Source: Octopus vulgaris (taxonomy: Eukaryota). Taken from it: 64,000 bases of DNA. Below the pieces are notes generated by a model. That model searched no databases. It was not told the origin of the DNA and saw only the letters and a program-made list of their open reading frames with translations. Positions 28,105 through 42,583 of this stretch are shown here, one piece after another. The position numbers and the translations under genes are program-made. The stretch covers positions 117,428,001 to 117,492,000 of the forward strand of contig OX597819.1 of NCBI GenBank assembly GCA_951406725.2, read 5' to 3'. The first letter of the stretch is position 1; every line of letters starts with the position of its first letter.

Positions 28105-28800
28105 TTAACTACTATTGAGATAGTTCGTCAAAACCCACTGGTGCTATATTCTACCTAAACTTTAGACCGGTAGAATGTACCTTTGTGTTCCAAACTTGAT
28201 GTCCATTCATATACACACAACGCACGTTACAGCGTAAAAATTAATAGAAATTCTGAAAATGCGTTACATTCTCAGAGCAATCATTCATAATTATTCAATG
28301 CTCGTGATTAACTGAGACAAAACTTTTTCCTCCTTAAATTTATTTGCTATTTGCCGCCCTTCGGCAAAGCTGCTGTACAATGCCAAAGACAGCTGCAATA
28401 AATATGATTGATATTGTAACACTGCATCCAATTCCTCAACCTAACAAAAATATTAAACATAAAGTATTCGACATTTGCAGTCCTTTAATAGCCATAATGG
28501 TCGGGGTAAACAGTTATTGAAACATCACATGGTGAAGAGAAATTGTAGCATGATATTTATAAGATACCAAGGGAACGTAAACGATTTATAGTTTTATAGT
28601 TGCAAGACCGCACATGCCTTTGTAAGCCAAACAAAAAATATTGTTTATTATTCATGTATACAAAAGAAAACCCTGCAGCGCCATTTATGGCGATATGTGT
28701 GAAGTGTTCTAAGACTCTGTTTACATATACATATAAAATATCACTAGAATACATACACACATATATATATATATACACATACATATTTGTCAGTATACAG

Positions 28801-28853
<53 letters not shown>

Positions 28854-29448
28854 CAACTATCTATGTATCAATATGCATGAACACAAATACACACACACAC
28901 AAACATACATATGTATGTATAGATAACTATATCAGAAAGCATTAACATTTTTAGATTACATGACACGAGTCTTTTATTTCTGAACCTAATGTTCAGTATA
29001 CAAGCTGCAAATAATTTACATAATATAACAATAACCTGAATGTTAAGAGTTAATTCTACCAGATAGACGCATCTGTTTCTATTGTAAGTACGCGCACGCA
29101 AATATCCTGTTAAAGTAATGACCTATGAAGCTGTGGACTTGAACGCCATAAAGCAAGTTGTAAACTCATTGTATACTTAATAGTCTACGATGTTCCAATA
29201 TCTAGATAATATTTCGCAACAATTAATCTATCAACATTTTCAGGGAAGGCGGTAACTGCAAAACGCACTAATATATGCACTTCAAATAATCTTAAGAATA
29301 TTTTGTATCACCGTGTTGTGAAGTTTGCCGCAGGTTTCGATTCCTGCACGAGATCGACTTCTCTTCAGTTTTGACCTTAATACTTGTCTTCTCAAATCTA
29401 GGGATTCACTATAGATCTTCAAACGAGATAGAAATACCACTGAAAAGA

Positions 29449-30071
29449 AGGCGGCGTGTTGACTGAAACGTTAGCACGCCGGACGAAATGATTTGCAGTA
29501 TTTCGTCCGTCTTTACGTTCGGAATTCAAATTCCGCCGAGGTCGACTTTGCCTTTCATCCTTTCGGGGTCGATAAATTAAGTACCAGTTGCGCACTGGGG
29601 TCGATATAATCGACTTAATCCCTTTGTCTGTCCTTGTTTGTCCCCTCTGTGTTTAGCCCCTTGTGGGCAGTAAAGAAATAAGAAACGTTAGCACGCTGGG
29701 CGAAATGCTTAGCGGTATTTCATTTGCCATTACGTTCTGAGTTCAAATTACGCCGAGGTCGACATTACCTTTCATCCTTTCGGGGTCGATAAATTAAGTA
29801 CCTGTTACGCAATGGAGTCGATGTAATCGACTTAATCCATTTGTCTGTCCTTGTTTGTCCGCTCTGTGTTTAGCCCCTTGTGGGTAGTAAAGAAATAGGT
29901 ATTTCGTCTGCCATTACGTTCTGAGTTCAAATTACGCCGAGGTCGACATTGCCTTTCATCCTTTCGGGGTCGATAAATTAAGTACCAGTTACGCACTGGA
30001 GTCGATGTAATCGACTTAATCGATTTGTCTGTCCCCTCTATGTTTAGCCCCTTGTGGGCAGTAAAGAAATA
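29449..30071 (+). mobile_element. SINE family B tandem trimer with a single TSD
   Basis: Three head-to-tail units; 16-bp TSD agaaataccactgaaa at 29430-29445 and 30072-30087. Confidence 0.92.
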
Positions 30072-30617
30072 AGAAATACCACTGAAATGAAGCATAAATC
30101 AATCTTCTGTATTAAATAAGGAGGGTAACTTTTAAAAGATAATTACTTTTTTATTGAGTAAAAATGAACTGCTCCATTAGATATCGTTGCCATATGGGTA
30201 ACGCTTATTTCACGTGAGTATAATGATTTTCGAAGAGTATTCGTTTTTTTTTAAATTTTCATATTGCTTACCGGGGTAATTGAAAATCATTCTCCTCAGC
30301 ATTATTCAGTATAATTTTCGGAATGTGATGAGCTAAGTGTTTCACTAATTGTTAATCTGTAGTTGCACTTATATAACTTTTCATAAAAAAGAACGCAATA
30401 TATTATGCTTTTAAGAAATTTCAATTTTAATACATTTATATCAATTTGTGGTTCTGAAGTTTTTTCACTATTGAAGATTCCGGAAAACGCTCCATCAAGA
30501 AAACTCATCCTTACTCTGTGTGATATACGCCTCTCTTTCTCTCTCTCTCTCTCCTCTTCTACTCAAATAATTTCCTTATTAAACACGCTATTTTTCGTTG
30601 ATTCCAAGATTAATATA

Positions 30618-30851
30618 TATTTCTTTACTACCCACAAGGTGCTAAACACAGAGGGGGCAAACAACGACAGACAAACGGATTAAGTCGATTACATCGACTC
30701 CAGCGCGTAACTGGTACATAATTTATCGACCCCGAAAGGATGAAAGGCAAAGTCGACCTCGGTGGAATTCGAACTCAGAACGTAGCGAGCAGAGGAAATA
30801 CGGCTACGCATTTCGCCCGGCGTGCTAACGATTCTGCCAGCTCACCGCCTT
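30618..30851 (-). mobile_element. SINE family B
   Basis: Reverse complement of family B; imperfect TSD ttcc(a/g)ag(a/t)ttaatatat. Confidence 0.9.
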
Positions 30852-31796
30852 TTCCGAGTTTAATATATTCTTATCAATGTGTGGTTCTGAAACTTCTTTC
30901 ATTTTTGAATATTCAATAAAGCGCTTCATAAGGCAATCTTATTTGTAATCTGTGTAACCTACATATCTCTCTCTTCCTCTCTGTCCTTCTCTCTCTCTCT
31001 CGCCCTCTACTGTTCTATTCTAATGTTTTCCTTAAAATATATGCTATAACACTGTTTTTCATCGAGTTATATTCAAAATGTTTGTGAATTTTTTTACATT
31101 ATAACTATTTATTATATTACCTTCCATCCTGTATCGATTTCACTTTTATTGTTAACTAATACATAATTGTTTCTAGCTTTTTAACATCTACTTTCATTCC
31201 CCGATCTTCTTTTCCCCGTAAACTTTCTTCATAACCATTGCTGTCATCTCATTTAGTACTTTCGACTTCCTTCGACAATCATATTCTGTCCTTTGACTTT
31301 ACATACCAACAATGCTGTATTTCCCTTTCTTTCTTTCTTTCTTCTTTTCTTTCTTTATTTCCTTCTTTTCTTTCTTTCTTTCTTTCTTTCTCTCTCTGTC
31401 TGTTTCTCTTTTTTTTATATCTCACTCTTTACCGCCTTTTTAAGATCTATTCATTAAAAAAATCTAAGTGATTACAAAGTTCTTTGATGTATTGTTTCAT
31501 TCAATCTTTATTCTTTCTGTCAGTATCTGTCTGTCTGTCTCTCACACTCGCGGCTGTAAATGGATTTCACTAAAAATACGTGATTACAAAGTATTTTCTG
31601 ATATAGTTAATGTATATTTCCCACACGCTTTAAACTATATTTATCACATAGATATTATTTTGCTGATATCTTCTGATATCTAAATGAACTAGGATATACA
31701 TACGGACAAACATAAATACATACATACACATACACACACAAACACATATAAATACACACACACACATATATATACATACACAGATACCAATATGTG

Positions 31797-32316
31797 ATGT
31801 GACCTCTTTCGGAATTGCACCTGGAAAGCTACCCTCCGAGGTACAAGTCTGGGCAAGGTCTTTTATGGAAGACCAGCAGTCGCCCACGCATACCAGCCTT
31901 CCCCTCCACTCCACCGATGTTATCCAAGGCAAAGGCCGATACAGTTTGGCAGCATTGACGTCGCAGCTCATTTGTTAACGTGCAAGTGGCTGAACACTCC
32001 ACAGACACGTGTACCCTTAACGTAGTTCTCGAGGAGATTCAGCGTGACAGAGAGTGTGACAAGGCTGGCCCTTTGAAATACAGATACAACAGAAACAGGA
32101 AGAAAGAGAGAGAAAGTTGTGGTGAAAGAGTACAGCAGGGTTCCCCCCACTACCGGAGCTGTAGGTGTTTTCGCTCAATAAACAATCACAATGCCCGGTC
32201 TGGGAATCGAAACCGCGATCCTACGACTGCGAGTTCGATGCCCGGTCTGGGAATCGAAACCGCGATCCTACGACCGCGTGTTCGCTGCCCTAACCACTGG
32301 GCCATTGCGCCTCCAC
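31797..32316 (-). mobile_element. Composite SINE: family C head and body joined to the tail of the 41145-type SINE
   Basis: 31973-32316 matches family C, with an internal 45-bp duplication of the B-box region; 31797-31970 is the reverse complement of the 41290-41460 tail. Confidence 0.8.
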
Positions 32317-32784
32317 ACAGATACCAATGTATACTAATAATCATATAAAAGCGCCCGGGGGTGCTCTGCCAAGAATTATAATTCAGTACAATTCTGATTT
32401 TGCAAACTTTTTTATCTATATAAAAAAACATCATTTGTCTTTACTTAAGTATGCCGAGGTACCAAGCGAGAAACTTCTAAATATTAGATTGATGGAGTAC
32501 ATAAAATCAATGCTTGTGTGACAACGAGACAATTGAAAATTCAAACGACAGCTTGTGCGATATTAAATATACGAGATGATAATGGATGGAGAAAATTTGA
32601 TCGTATGCAGTTTGCTCGAAGCTGACACAAAAACATAACACCTAAACGATAATTAATACTATAGCCATTACTTATTGTTGAATTATGTATTAGACTGTCG
32701 AATAATATGTGTCGTAGAACGCATGTGCTTTAAATATATATAATAGTCATGGGTGATCTGTAGATCTGTTATACAAAAATATTC

Positions 32785-33086
32785 TTTTCAAGCCTAGCCA
32801 GGCCCATGAGCCCGGTTTCCCGGTTTCTGTGGCGCATGTGTTCCCCCCAGCTGGACGGGACGCCAGTCCATCGCAGCGTTACTCAAGAAACAGCAAGAGA
32901 GAGTGAGAGAAAGTTGTGCCGAAAGAGTACAACAGGGGTCGCCACCCCCACCCCCTGCCGAAGCCTCGTGGAGCTTTTAAGTGTTTTCGCTCAATAAACA
33001 CACACAACGCCCGGTCTGGGAATCGAAACCGCGATCCTCCGACCGTAAGACCGCTGCCCTATCCACTGGGCCATTGCCCCTCCACT
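32785..33086 (-). mobile_element. SINE family C (tail type 2)
   Basis: Family C head and body with a different tail (gcctagccaggcccatgagcccggtttcccgg). Confidence 0.85.
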
Positions 33087-33544
33087 ACAAAAAATATTAC
33101 CTTCAGTTATTTTCTTAAAGTGCATTGTGAGTAATTATAGACTATACCCATGCAGCAAATGCAGAAACAATACTGTACTTAATTTAAAGACTTAGAGATA
33201 GAAAACATGTGGCTGTATGTAAAAAAGTTGCTTTCCATACTTCATGGCTTCGGATTGACGGAGACTTAAAGTAGCACCTTACATATTCGTTGCTATTATT
33301 TTAAACCATCGTATGTCCAATTTTTGCCAAACGGGTTGTTTTCAGTATGTATTTTTGCTGGTAATAAGCCGGTTCTTTTGGTCAGACTATTGTATATCCA
33401 GCTGTTCCAATTGCCAGCATATAAAAACAATTGTCAAAGTGTAGTACAACGGTTTTGCTATGGAATAGTGGAATTATTTTCCCGTTTACTACAAAAAGCA
33501 ATGTTTTGAACTTGCGACATTTGTGCATAATATTGACGAATTCT

Positions 33545-34041
33545 TTTATTTTTTTACTTGTTTTAATTATTTGATTTGGGCTATGCTAGGACACCGCCTT
33601 TTAGTTGAAGAAATCGATACCTGGACATATTCTTTGTATGCCAGCTACGTATTCTATCGGATTCTTCTGCCGAAGCGCTATTTTACGGGGACGTAAAATC
33701 ACCGATATTGGTTGTCCTGAGATGAGGGATATAAACACTGACACGAAGGCAGATAAATATATACTTACATATATATATATATATATATATAAACAGTAAA
33801 GCGAGTCGTAACATCAACGTGATAGTTGAATGTTACTAGTAGTTTAAAATCAAGCAGATTCTCTACCATCCGGTTTTCAATACAACTTTCTACATGCTTT
33901 ATACAAAATATATCAACGAAAAAGATCGCTGGACTGGTCCAGTTTCGAGCTAGTTGGTATTTCGTCAGCCGAAATCCAACTCTATACTTTAATGAGTGTC
34001 TTCTACTATAGCGGCGTGAGTGGATTTGGTGCAAGAAGCCA

Positions 34042-34045
<4 letters not shown>
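33545..34045 (-). mobile_element. SINE family A, decayed and interrupted
   Basis: Partial matches to the family A tail (33545-33760), plus a family A body fragment near 33995-34045 that lies in the opposite orientation. Confidence 0.55.
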
Positions 34046-34103
<58 letters not shown>

Positions 34104-34193
34104 TTCCAGTGTGGGCATCTGAAAGAATTTTGCACAATCGAGTTAACAAGGTTCGGAACTCTTTCATATTCTGTTCGCCCGAGGGCACCTTGT

Positions 34194-34224
<31 letters not shown>

Positions 34225-36134
34225 CTTTTCGTTGTATTTCATGTTCCTTACGTTGAAGGTAATGTTATTTCTTGGTGGAAACAACTTCGGTGGCTATACG
34301 AGAATAAGGAGCTATTTTTAGCACTAGAGTTAACCACTTAGTGGTAACTGTCTTATATTTATGTATAATTTTGTATTGTCTCCCAGGTTTTTCTGTGCTA
34401 AGCCACTTGGTGTTAAACTGATGGTATTATTAAATTAATATCTAATTTTTCACCTTCATTTATGAATATATATATATATATATATATATTTCAAGACTTT
34501 TGTTGTAATACAATAGAGAAGGAATTTAGAGTAGCTTGTAGACGTTTGACATCTACTTCTATCGTATAGGAGTTGGCACTCCAGCGCCGTCAATTAGAAT
34601 TATATTTTCATAATTATATACCCTAATATATGTGTGTAGTCTGTTTGCCAGTTCGCTGCGCTCAGCGTTTTGGAGACGCCTCCATCATGGTAACTAGATT
34701 TGAAAACACCCGAGAGCCATAGACAGGTAGAACTTTGGTCTGCAGTTGCATCCAGGAGTGATAACTATCGATATTTAACCAATTTTGTGGCTTATGAACA
34801 TCACGTACCTAAAACGAACCGGGGACGAAATTAATCGTCAATCTTTCATTATATCGAGATAGTGTAAGTGGCACTTGCTGGTATACGACAACATTGTTAC
34901 ATAAGGTTAAATCGAATTGTGAATTAAAAAAGGAGCTTCTGTGTTGTAAACTTTATTTACCACACATACTCAATATATATATATTGCTTGTTGGCTGGTT
35001 CGGTTTGTTTCAGCAATTTGGGTGTGATTGGATCATAGCACTAGTTGTTAAAATATTTGAAAATCATGAAAATTATAGGCAGACGAGACATTTCCCTTCT
35101 AGTTCCTTCCAAGAATGTTGGATATTGATATTTCGCCTAAAATAAATTTTATACTGCACAAACGATATTTCAGTCAAAAGAGTTATATAAATATTTGAGT
35201 TTTCTTTGCGTTATTTCTCCTACCAGTTACTTGATTGTGTCAATATTAATTTGATTGTGAATTTTATTTATAGATTCACGGGAAATGAAAATGAATCATC
35301 ATTATGTTTTGTCTGCTTATATAATTTCTGTTGCTTTATATACACAAACACATGCACACAGACACAGACATACACGCACACTCACACGCACGCACGCACA
35401 AATATATTTACGAATAAGTGAAAAAAAAAACCCAACAAAAAACATATTCAGGTGAAAATCAAATTCCGGGTGACAATTTGCTCGCATTATAACAAATTCA
35501 TTCTAAAAGGAATCGGTGCAAAGATAATTCTGTGATTGATAGCGGCTCTCAATCTTTGTTTATTGGAATCGACTGAGAAAAACGGTGACTACCTTCAAGA
35601 AGCATCGTTTGTAGTTTCTTCAATCAGGCGTACGTAATATTAGACAAGTAGAAGGCGGAATCAAGCGGAAATTGAAGCTAGAATAACTGAGGCGAATGAA
35701 CACATAGTGAGACAGAGAGAGTTGTTGGAGCTGCCGAATGTGAAATGTTGGAGATGTTGATAGCACGATAATGGGAGAAGAGTCTACACAGAAGTGATCT
35801 GTGTAAAAACCTGTTTAGCTATATTTGTGTGGTGTTATACAGATTACAGCCTTGCTATATGCGTGTACATAATTTTATGTATATGGTATGCATTCACATG
35901 TCTATAAATAATGCATCAGTATATACTTATAACTACATAAATCTATGTGCAAATACGCACAGATATACGTCCCCCCATATATATATATATATATAATATA
36001 TTAATAAATAAAATAAAACATATGCATATATATAAACATATATGTACGTACCTACCTCTACATGTACATACGCGCACACAAATATAAGTATATATACATA
36101 TATACGTATAAATATATATATATATATATATATG

Positions 36135-36182
<48 letters not shown>

Positions 36183-36252
36183 TATATTTAAATATTATTT
36201 TTTAGGAATAAAAATTCTTTCATATTCTCAATGAAGAAATATATTTTAATTT

Positions 36253-36305
<53 letters not shown>

Positions 36306-36488
36306 TATATTATTTATATATATGAATCTAGGTGTGTATGTTTATGCATTTCAATAAAACAAGATGTTAATTCCGGCATAACAGAGGTTCAAATTATTCT
36401 CCCTGATGAAACAGATTCTTTGTGTAACAATCTAGAGGAAAATGAAGAAACATTTTGATTAGAAATATTATAATGTTTCTTATAAGGG

Positions 36489-36672
36489 TAGGCGTGGCTG
36501 TGTGGTAAGAAGATTGCTGTGTGGTAAGAAAACTGCTTCCCGAACACATGTTCGGGTGCAGTCCCAATGTGTTGCACCCTGGTCAAATGTCTTCTACTAT
36601 AGGCTCTGGCCGACCAAACCCTTGTGAGTGGATTTGGTAGAAGGAAACAGAAAGATGCCCGTCGTATATATG

Positions 36673-36704
<32 letters not shown>

Positions 36705-36920
36705 TATATTGGGGGTGTATTTGTTTGTTTGTGTTTGCCTCCCCCTCTTTCGCTTGACAACCGATGTTGGTGCGTTTACGTCACAGTAACTTAGCGGTTC
36801 GGGACATTCGATCGATATAATGAGAACTAGACTTAGAAATAATTGCTCACCAAAAGGCGGTGCCTCAGGATGGCTACATACACATGACTGGAACAAGTAA
36901 AATAAAAAAAATAAAAAAAA
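36489..36920 (+). mobile_element. SINE family A
   Basis: Matches family A; short duplication in the head. Confidence 0.85.
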
Positions 36921-37122
36921 AGAAATACGTAAATCGATGCGTGTCAAGACGTGTAGACCAGTGAATACATGCGCAAATACAATTATTTTAAACAAGCATT
37001 CATATACGGTTTTGCAATTTATTTATGGACATCATTTCATTAAACTCATCTGCAAAACTCTTCTCATGAATATATATTATATAAATACATACATATATAC
37101 ATACATACTTACATACATCGTA

Positions 37123-37462
37123 GTGCTCCCTCGGTTACGACGGCGAGGGTTCCAGTTGATCCAATCAACGGAAATGCTTGCTCGTGAAATTAACGTGCAA
37201 GTGGCTGAGCACCCCACAGGCACGTGTACCCTTAACATAGATCTCGGGGAGATTCAGCGTGACACATTGTGTGACAAGGCTGGCCCTTTGAAATACAGGT
37301 ACAACAAAAACAAGAAGAGTTTGAGATAGTTGTGGTTCGCACTATCCACTGTCGGTGCCTCATTGAGCTTTAGGTGTTTTCTTTCAATAAACACTCACAA
37401 CGCGCGTTCTGGGAATCGAAACCGCGAGTCCGCTACCCTAATCCCTGGGCAATTTCTCCTCC
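37123..37462 (-). mobile_element. SINE family C (tail type 1)
   Basis: Matches 14750-15143. Confidence 0.85.
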
Positions 37463-37526
37463 AAATACATACATGTATATATGTGTGTGTGTTTGTCTGT
37501 CTTTGTGTATGTGTGTATATATATGT

Positions 37527-37589
<63 letters not shown>

Positions 37590-38214
37590 AATAAGTAACA
37601 AGGATGTCAAGTTATTTGTGTAATGCAGCCGTTTTAGGCGGTTCTGTTTAATCGAACAATGTGAGCATTATACCAATTTGAGATACAGAGCCATCTTCAG
37701 TTGCAAAATACAAATTTTGGTCAGTCATAATATTCTATTATAAACTTTAGAAAATATTTCATCAGAACTAGAGAAGGAAAGAATTCCATGCTGCTACTAA
37801 CGTAGCAGAAATGCTTAAAGAGAAACAACTACTATTTTGGAATAACAGAAGTGGCGACGCAGTGGGGTCATGAAATTCGCAGTGAAGCCTCAATTTTTAT
37901 CTATCGTCTTACAATCATAAAAAGATGAAATGCAGCTAGTATTAAGTCACTGGGAGTTGATAGTTAAATTCTAGTTGCTGCTAATAAGTTAGTATTGTTG
38001 GATATTCTCCCAAAACCTAATTCTTTATGGCAATGGATTCACTTGACCACATGAAAACACCGAATCTCAGAGGAAGTCATTCGGATAGTGGTAAATGCCC
38101 AGGAAAATAGGTAGAGCGGGAGTGACAAAATCTCTTTTCTAATTATCAATTAAAGGGGCGTACATTAGGGAATATAGGGCGCTACAATGCAACCTTGAAA
38201 TACATTAGGAACAC

Positions 38215-38900
38215 AAAGGGAAAACTAGATATAATCAAAATATAGCAAAATCTTTGTATTATTATATTTAGTGTAATAAAAGTAATTAAAAAAAAATTAA
38301 GAATGAATATAAGGACTGTCTATGATCATAAGGATAGATAGACCAATTTAAGCAATAAAAAATATTTCTTATACCTATAAGAATTTCATAATATTTTATC
38401 CTATTTGTCGAAGAATGAGCCTAACTTCCATTCAGTCGAACAATGAGCCTAACTTACATCCAGAATATATCAGGAAAGGGGGTACACATTATCTAGTGTC
38501 TGAAAACAAAGACTCAAAGGCAAAGAAAATAAGACAAATGGTTCGATAACAAATATAGAACCATTTATCTTATAGAACCATCTCTCGTATTTGCCTTTGA
38601 TCACTTGTTTTCAATCACTAGATAATATGTGCCTCCTTCCCTGATATATTCTGAATTTAAGTTAGACTCATTGTTCATTTGGTTTTATCATGACCACCTG
38701 TACGTTCTGCTCGGATGAATCATTCTGAAGTTTTTTTTCTTATATATAAGTAATTTTTTTAGTGCTTAAATTCTCTTACATTATGATCTTACTCGGTCCT
38801 TATATCCCTTCCTAACTTTAAAAAAATTGCTTTGATTATACAAAATATAATAATACGTACATTTTGGTATATTTGATTATATCTATTTTTTCTCTCTATA
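38215..38900. mobile_element. Old long-hairpin MITE / fold-back element
   Basis: gaacaatgagcctaactt...caaaggcaaa (38438-38524) pairs with tttgcctttg...ctcattgttc (38590-38676). Pairing extends outward, with divergence, to about 38215/38900; centre near 38550. Confidence 0.75.
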
Positions 38901-39184
38901 TTACTAATGCCCGTGCTCAATTTTCTACTCGTTTTTATTTTTGTGATCAAGTGAATCCATAGCCATAGAGAATTAGGGCTTGGGAGAATATATAACAATA
39001 CTAATTTATGACCAGTAACTAGAATTTAACTATTAACTCACAGTGTCTTAAAACTAGCTATATTACATATTTTGATAATGATAACAGGATAGATAAAATG
39101 TGTAGTTATAGTACGATTCTCATGAGCTCCACTGTCTCCAATTCTGCCATTCCAAAATTGTAGTTGTTTCTCATTAAGATTATT

Positions 39185-39860
39185 CTGCCACATTACGGCC
39201 ACACCTTGAATACTGCTGCCCACTGTGGTCTCCCCATACAAGACAAAACATCTCTAGGATTGAGTCACCCCAGAGGGCACTCACTAAACGAATTGAAGGC
39301 ATGGCTGCTCTCGATTATTGGGACCGCCTTAAAGCCTTGAAACTTTACTCCCTCCAGCGTCGCCGTGAGCGGTACATCATTTGTACGATGTGGAGAATAT
39401 ACCGCCAACTTTGCCCAAACGACCTTAACATTAGCTTCAAGGTTCATCCAAGACTGGGACCACGGGCCATACGTCTCCTGCCCAATTCAAGATCACAACA
39501 TACATGTACACTGCAACATAATTTCTTTTCCTCAAAAGGCCCTGCCCTATTTAACATTGTCCCGAGGGAGATCAAAGAGGAAAAGGATCCCATCAACTTT
39601 AAACGGAGTCTGGATAGATTCCTTCAAAGAATACCAGATAAGCCACTCATAATTGGATACAACTCACACAACAAGAACTCACTACTTGAACAAAACTTGA
39701 TACAACTCACCCAACAAGAACTCACTACTTAAACAAAACTTGACTTAAAACAAAACTTGACTTAAACAGGATTCGAATAATCCTATCAGGTGGTGCTATT
39801 AAGTTAGACATGGCCTGGACCAATCTTTGGTCGAAACATATCTAAGTTATCTAAGTTATT
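39185..39860 (+). mobile_element. CR1/L2-group LINE 3' fragment (ORF2 C-terminus and 3' UTR)
   Basis: RPHLEYCCPLWSP...QRALTKRIEGM...YWDRLKALKLYSLQRRRER...GPALFNIVP...FKRSLDRFL; short tandem tail (tctaagtta)2. Confidence 0.88.
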
Positions 39861-40199
39861 AGTTACAGCATGGAATTCTTTCTTTCTTTAGCTCTAATAA
39901 AATATTTACTAAAAATTATAATAGAATATCCTGACTGATAAAATGTTTTATTTTGCAACTGATGATGACGCTGTATTTCAAGTTGATGTAATGCATGCAA
40001 TATACAGTTAAATGGAGCCACCTGAGACGGCTGTATTGCTTTAATAACTTGATATTTTGTTACTTATTTGCTTTTTATTCACCTTACTTCAAGCTATGCG
40101 GATAATACTGGACTGGCTTGGTGGATCAACTTAAGTACCCTGTTCAACTGAACCATGATTATATCATTTATACACACACATATACACACACAAACACAT

Positions 40200-40234
<35 letters not shown>

Positions 40235-41144
40235 CGTATATATGTATATATAAATATAAATATACACATATATATACATATATAGGTATGTATGTATATA
40301 CATATATATATACGTATATATGCATATATACATATATGTGTATATGTATATACATATGTATATATATAATATGTATATATACATACATATCTGATATAAA
40401 CACACTGAGATCATGAATACTTGTACTCTGTCCCTATACCATTTTCATGAATCTGGCTTGAATGCTTTTATACGCGTGTTTGCATCTGAAGTTTAAACTT
40501 GCTTAACTAACGAATAAATATTCTCGATATATCTACAGAAAGTAAACATTTACCATAAAGTTTAAAATTGCATGCGCCATAAAATCTGCTTAAAGATCGT
40601 ATATAAGATAAGCAGGGCCGTATATCTATATATTGTTCTATTATTTTAGCATCTTATGACGTCAATTCTTCTCCGTTAATACCTGAGAGACTTGACAAAT
40701 TTTAAAAATAAAATTAATTGCTTATAATTTACGCCTGTTTCAGCAGCATATCATAGGAAATTGGTCAGAATATGCACTTTAGACATTCGTCGGTTGTAAT
40801 ACTGGCGTGTTGAGAATTCTTTCTCAAACGTTGATATATTTGTTAGCCAATAATAGGGTGCCACATAATTGATGGTTTTATGAACGGCTTCATTAACGTT
40901 TCCGTAGGGTAGGTTTTCACGATCAAACTAGATTTCAATTTAAGGGGAATACAATTTTTAACTTTACAGTTAGATTCATGAAAACTTTTAAAATTAGTTT
41001 TATAGTAAATACGTTGAGTAATTGTGATCTAATAATAAAAGTAACAATCTTAACGTATAAAATTAGAAATGTAATTAATAATATTAATTAAGTGATGTCT
41101 GTCTTACTTCTCACATGTATTAATATGACCTAGTTTTCGCATGT

Positions 41145-41478
41145 GAAGGCGCATGGCTCAGTGGTTAGAGCGTCGAGCTTACGATCGTGAGGTTGTGAGC
41201 TCGAATCCCGGACCGGGCTGCGTGTTGTGTTCTTGATCAAGGCACTTTATTTCACGTTGCACCAGTTCACTCAGCTGTAGAAATGAGTTGCGACGTCACT
41301 GGTGCCAAGCTGTATCGACCTTTGTCTTTCCCTTGGATAACACTGGTGGCGTGGTGAGGGGTATGCATGGGCGACTGCTGGTCTTCCATAAACAACCTTG
41401 CCCGGACTTGTGTCTAGGAGGGTAACTTTCTAGGTGCAATCCCATGGTCACTCATGACCGAAGGGGGTCTTTACCCCT
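41145..41478 (+). mobile_element. tRNA-derived SINE (distinct body and tail)
   Basis: ggcgcatggctcagtggttagagc (A box)...gagctcgaatccc (B box), then the cttgatcaaggcactttatttcac core and the tail atgaccgaagggggtc. Confidence 0.88.
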
Positions 41479-41859
41479 TAGTTTTCAATATTGCTGTGAA
41501 ACAATATAAGATAGCGCCAACGAAGATAGAATAAGTCACATGCAGACAAATACGTTTATTCAATAGGATGTAAAATATAGGTGGTATATAATCTTCCATA
41601 TAATTAATGTTGCCGAGATTATTCTTCGGTTCAGTCCCACTGCGCGGCACCAAGGTCAATTTTTTTCTACTACTATCTCGGAACAACCAAAGATTTATAA
41701 GTAGACTTTTAGACGGAAAATAAAAGAAGCTCGTTTTGTACATACGCCCACACACACACATCACTCGCATGCGCGCGTATGTGCGTACGTGCCTGTGTTT
41801 GCGTCTATGTGTGTTTGTGGGGAGAGTATCTTTATGTTGGTATTTTTCCTCACCATTGA

Positions 41860-42276
41860 AGACGGCGAGCTGGCAGAAACGTTAGCACGCCGGATGAAAT
41901 GCTTAGCGGTATTTCGTCTGTCGTTACGTTCTGAGTTCAAATTCCGCCGAGGTTGACTTTGCCTTTCATCCTTTCGAGGTCGATAAATTAAATGCCAGTT
42001 CCGCACTGGGGTCGACGTAATCGACTTAATCCGTTTGTCTGTCCTTGTTTGTCCCTTCTGTGTTTAGCCCTTTGTGGGTAGTAAAGAAATATGTATTTCG
42101 TCTGTCGTTACGTTCTGAGTTCAAATTCCGCCGAGGTTGACTTTGCCTTTCATCCTTTCGAGGTCGATAAATTAAATACCAGTTCCGCACTGGGGTCGAT
42201 GTAATCGACTTAATACCTACGACTGTCCTTGGTTGCCCTCTCTGTGTTTAGCCCTTTGTGGGTAATAAAGAAATAT
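41860..42276 (+). mobile_element. SINE family B tandem dimer nested in a decayed family A SINE (about 41625-42420)
   Basis: Two units; TSD gtatttttcctcacca at 41840-41855 and 42277-42292. Confidence 0.9.
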
Positions 42277-42583
42277 GTATTTTTCCTCACCACCGCTTGC
42301 AAACCATTGTTCGTTTGTTTACCTCTCCCAAAAGAGCGGCACGGCAAATGAGAAATTGAAATACGTACCATAATTCCAGGCTTGATTTACACGGCTAAAC
42401 CCATCAAGGCGATTGATTTAATGAAGGTATTTTGCGGTGACTAACGTTGAGTCAGTAAATAAAACCAGATGATTTGTCTGGTTGCACTGGCACGAAATGT
42501 GCCCACATATGTTTCTCCCACTCACCTAATATCATGTATAGTGCGATCCGAAGATAGATTATGACACTTTACTTTCACAATAA

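Noticed and set aside
29449-30071. CRISPR-like or other repeat-spacer array
   Set aside because: These are tandem SINE units without unique spacers, in a eukaryotic context.
34560-34870. GC-richer patch ending in gtaagt, a possible first exon or promoter
   Set aside because: The ATG is followed by a stop after 11 codons; there is no independent support.
35645-35760. Short coiled-coil-like reading frame (QAEIEARITEANEHIVRQRELL)
   Set aside because: Bounded by stops, with a poor splice acceptor and no family match.
41145-41220. tRNA gene
   Set aside because: The tRNA-like A/B boxes continue into a SINE body and tail, so this is a SINE head.
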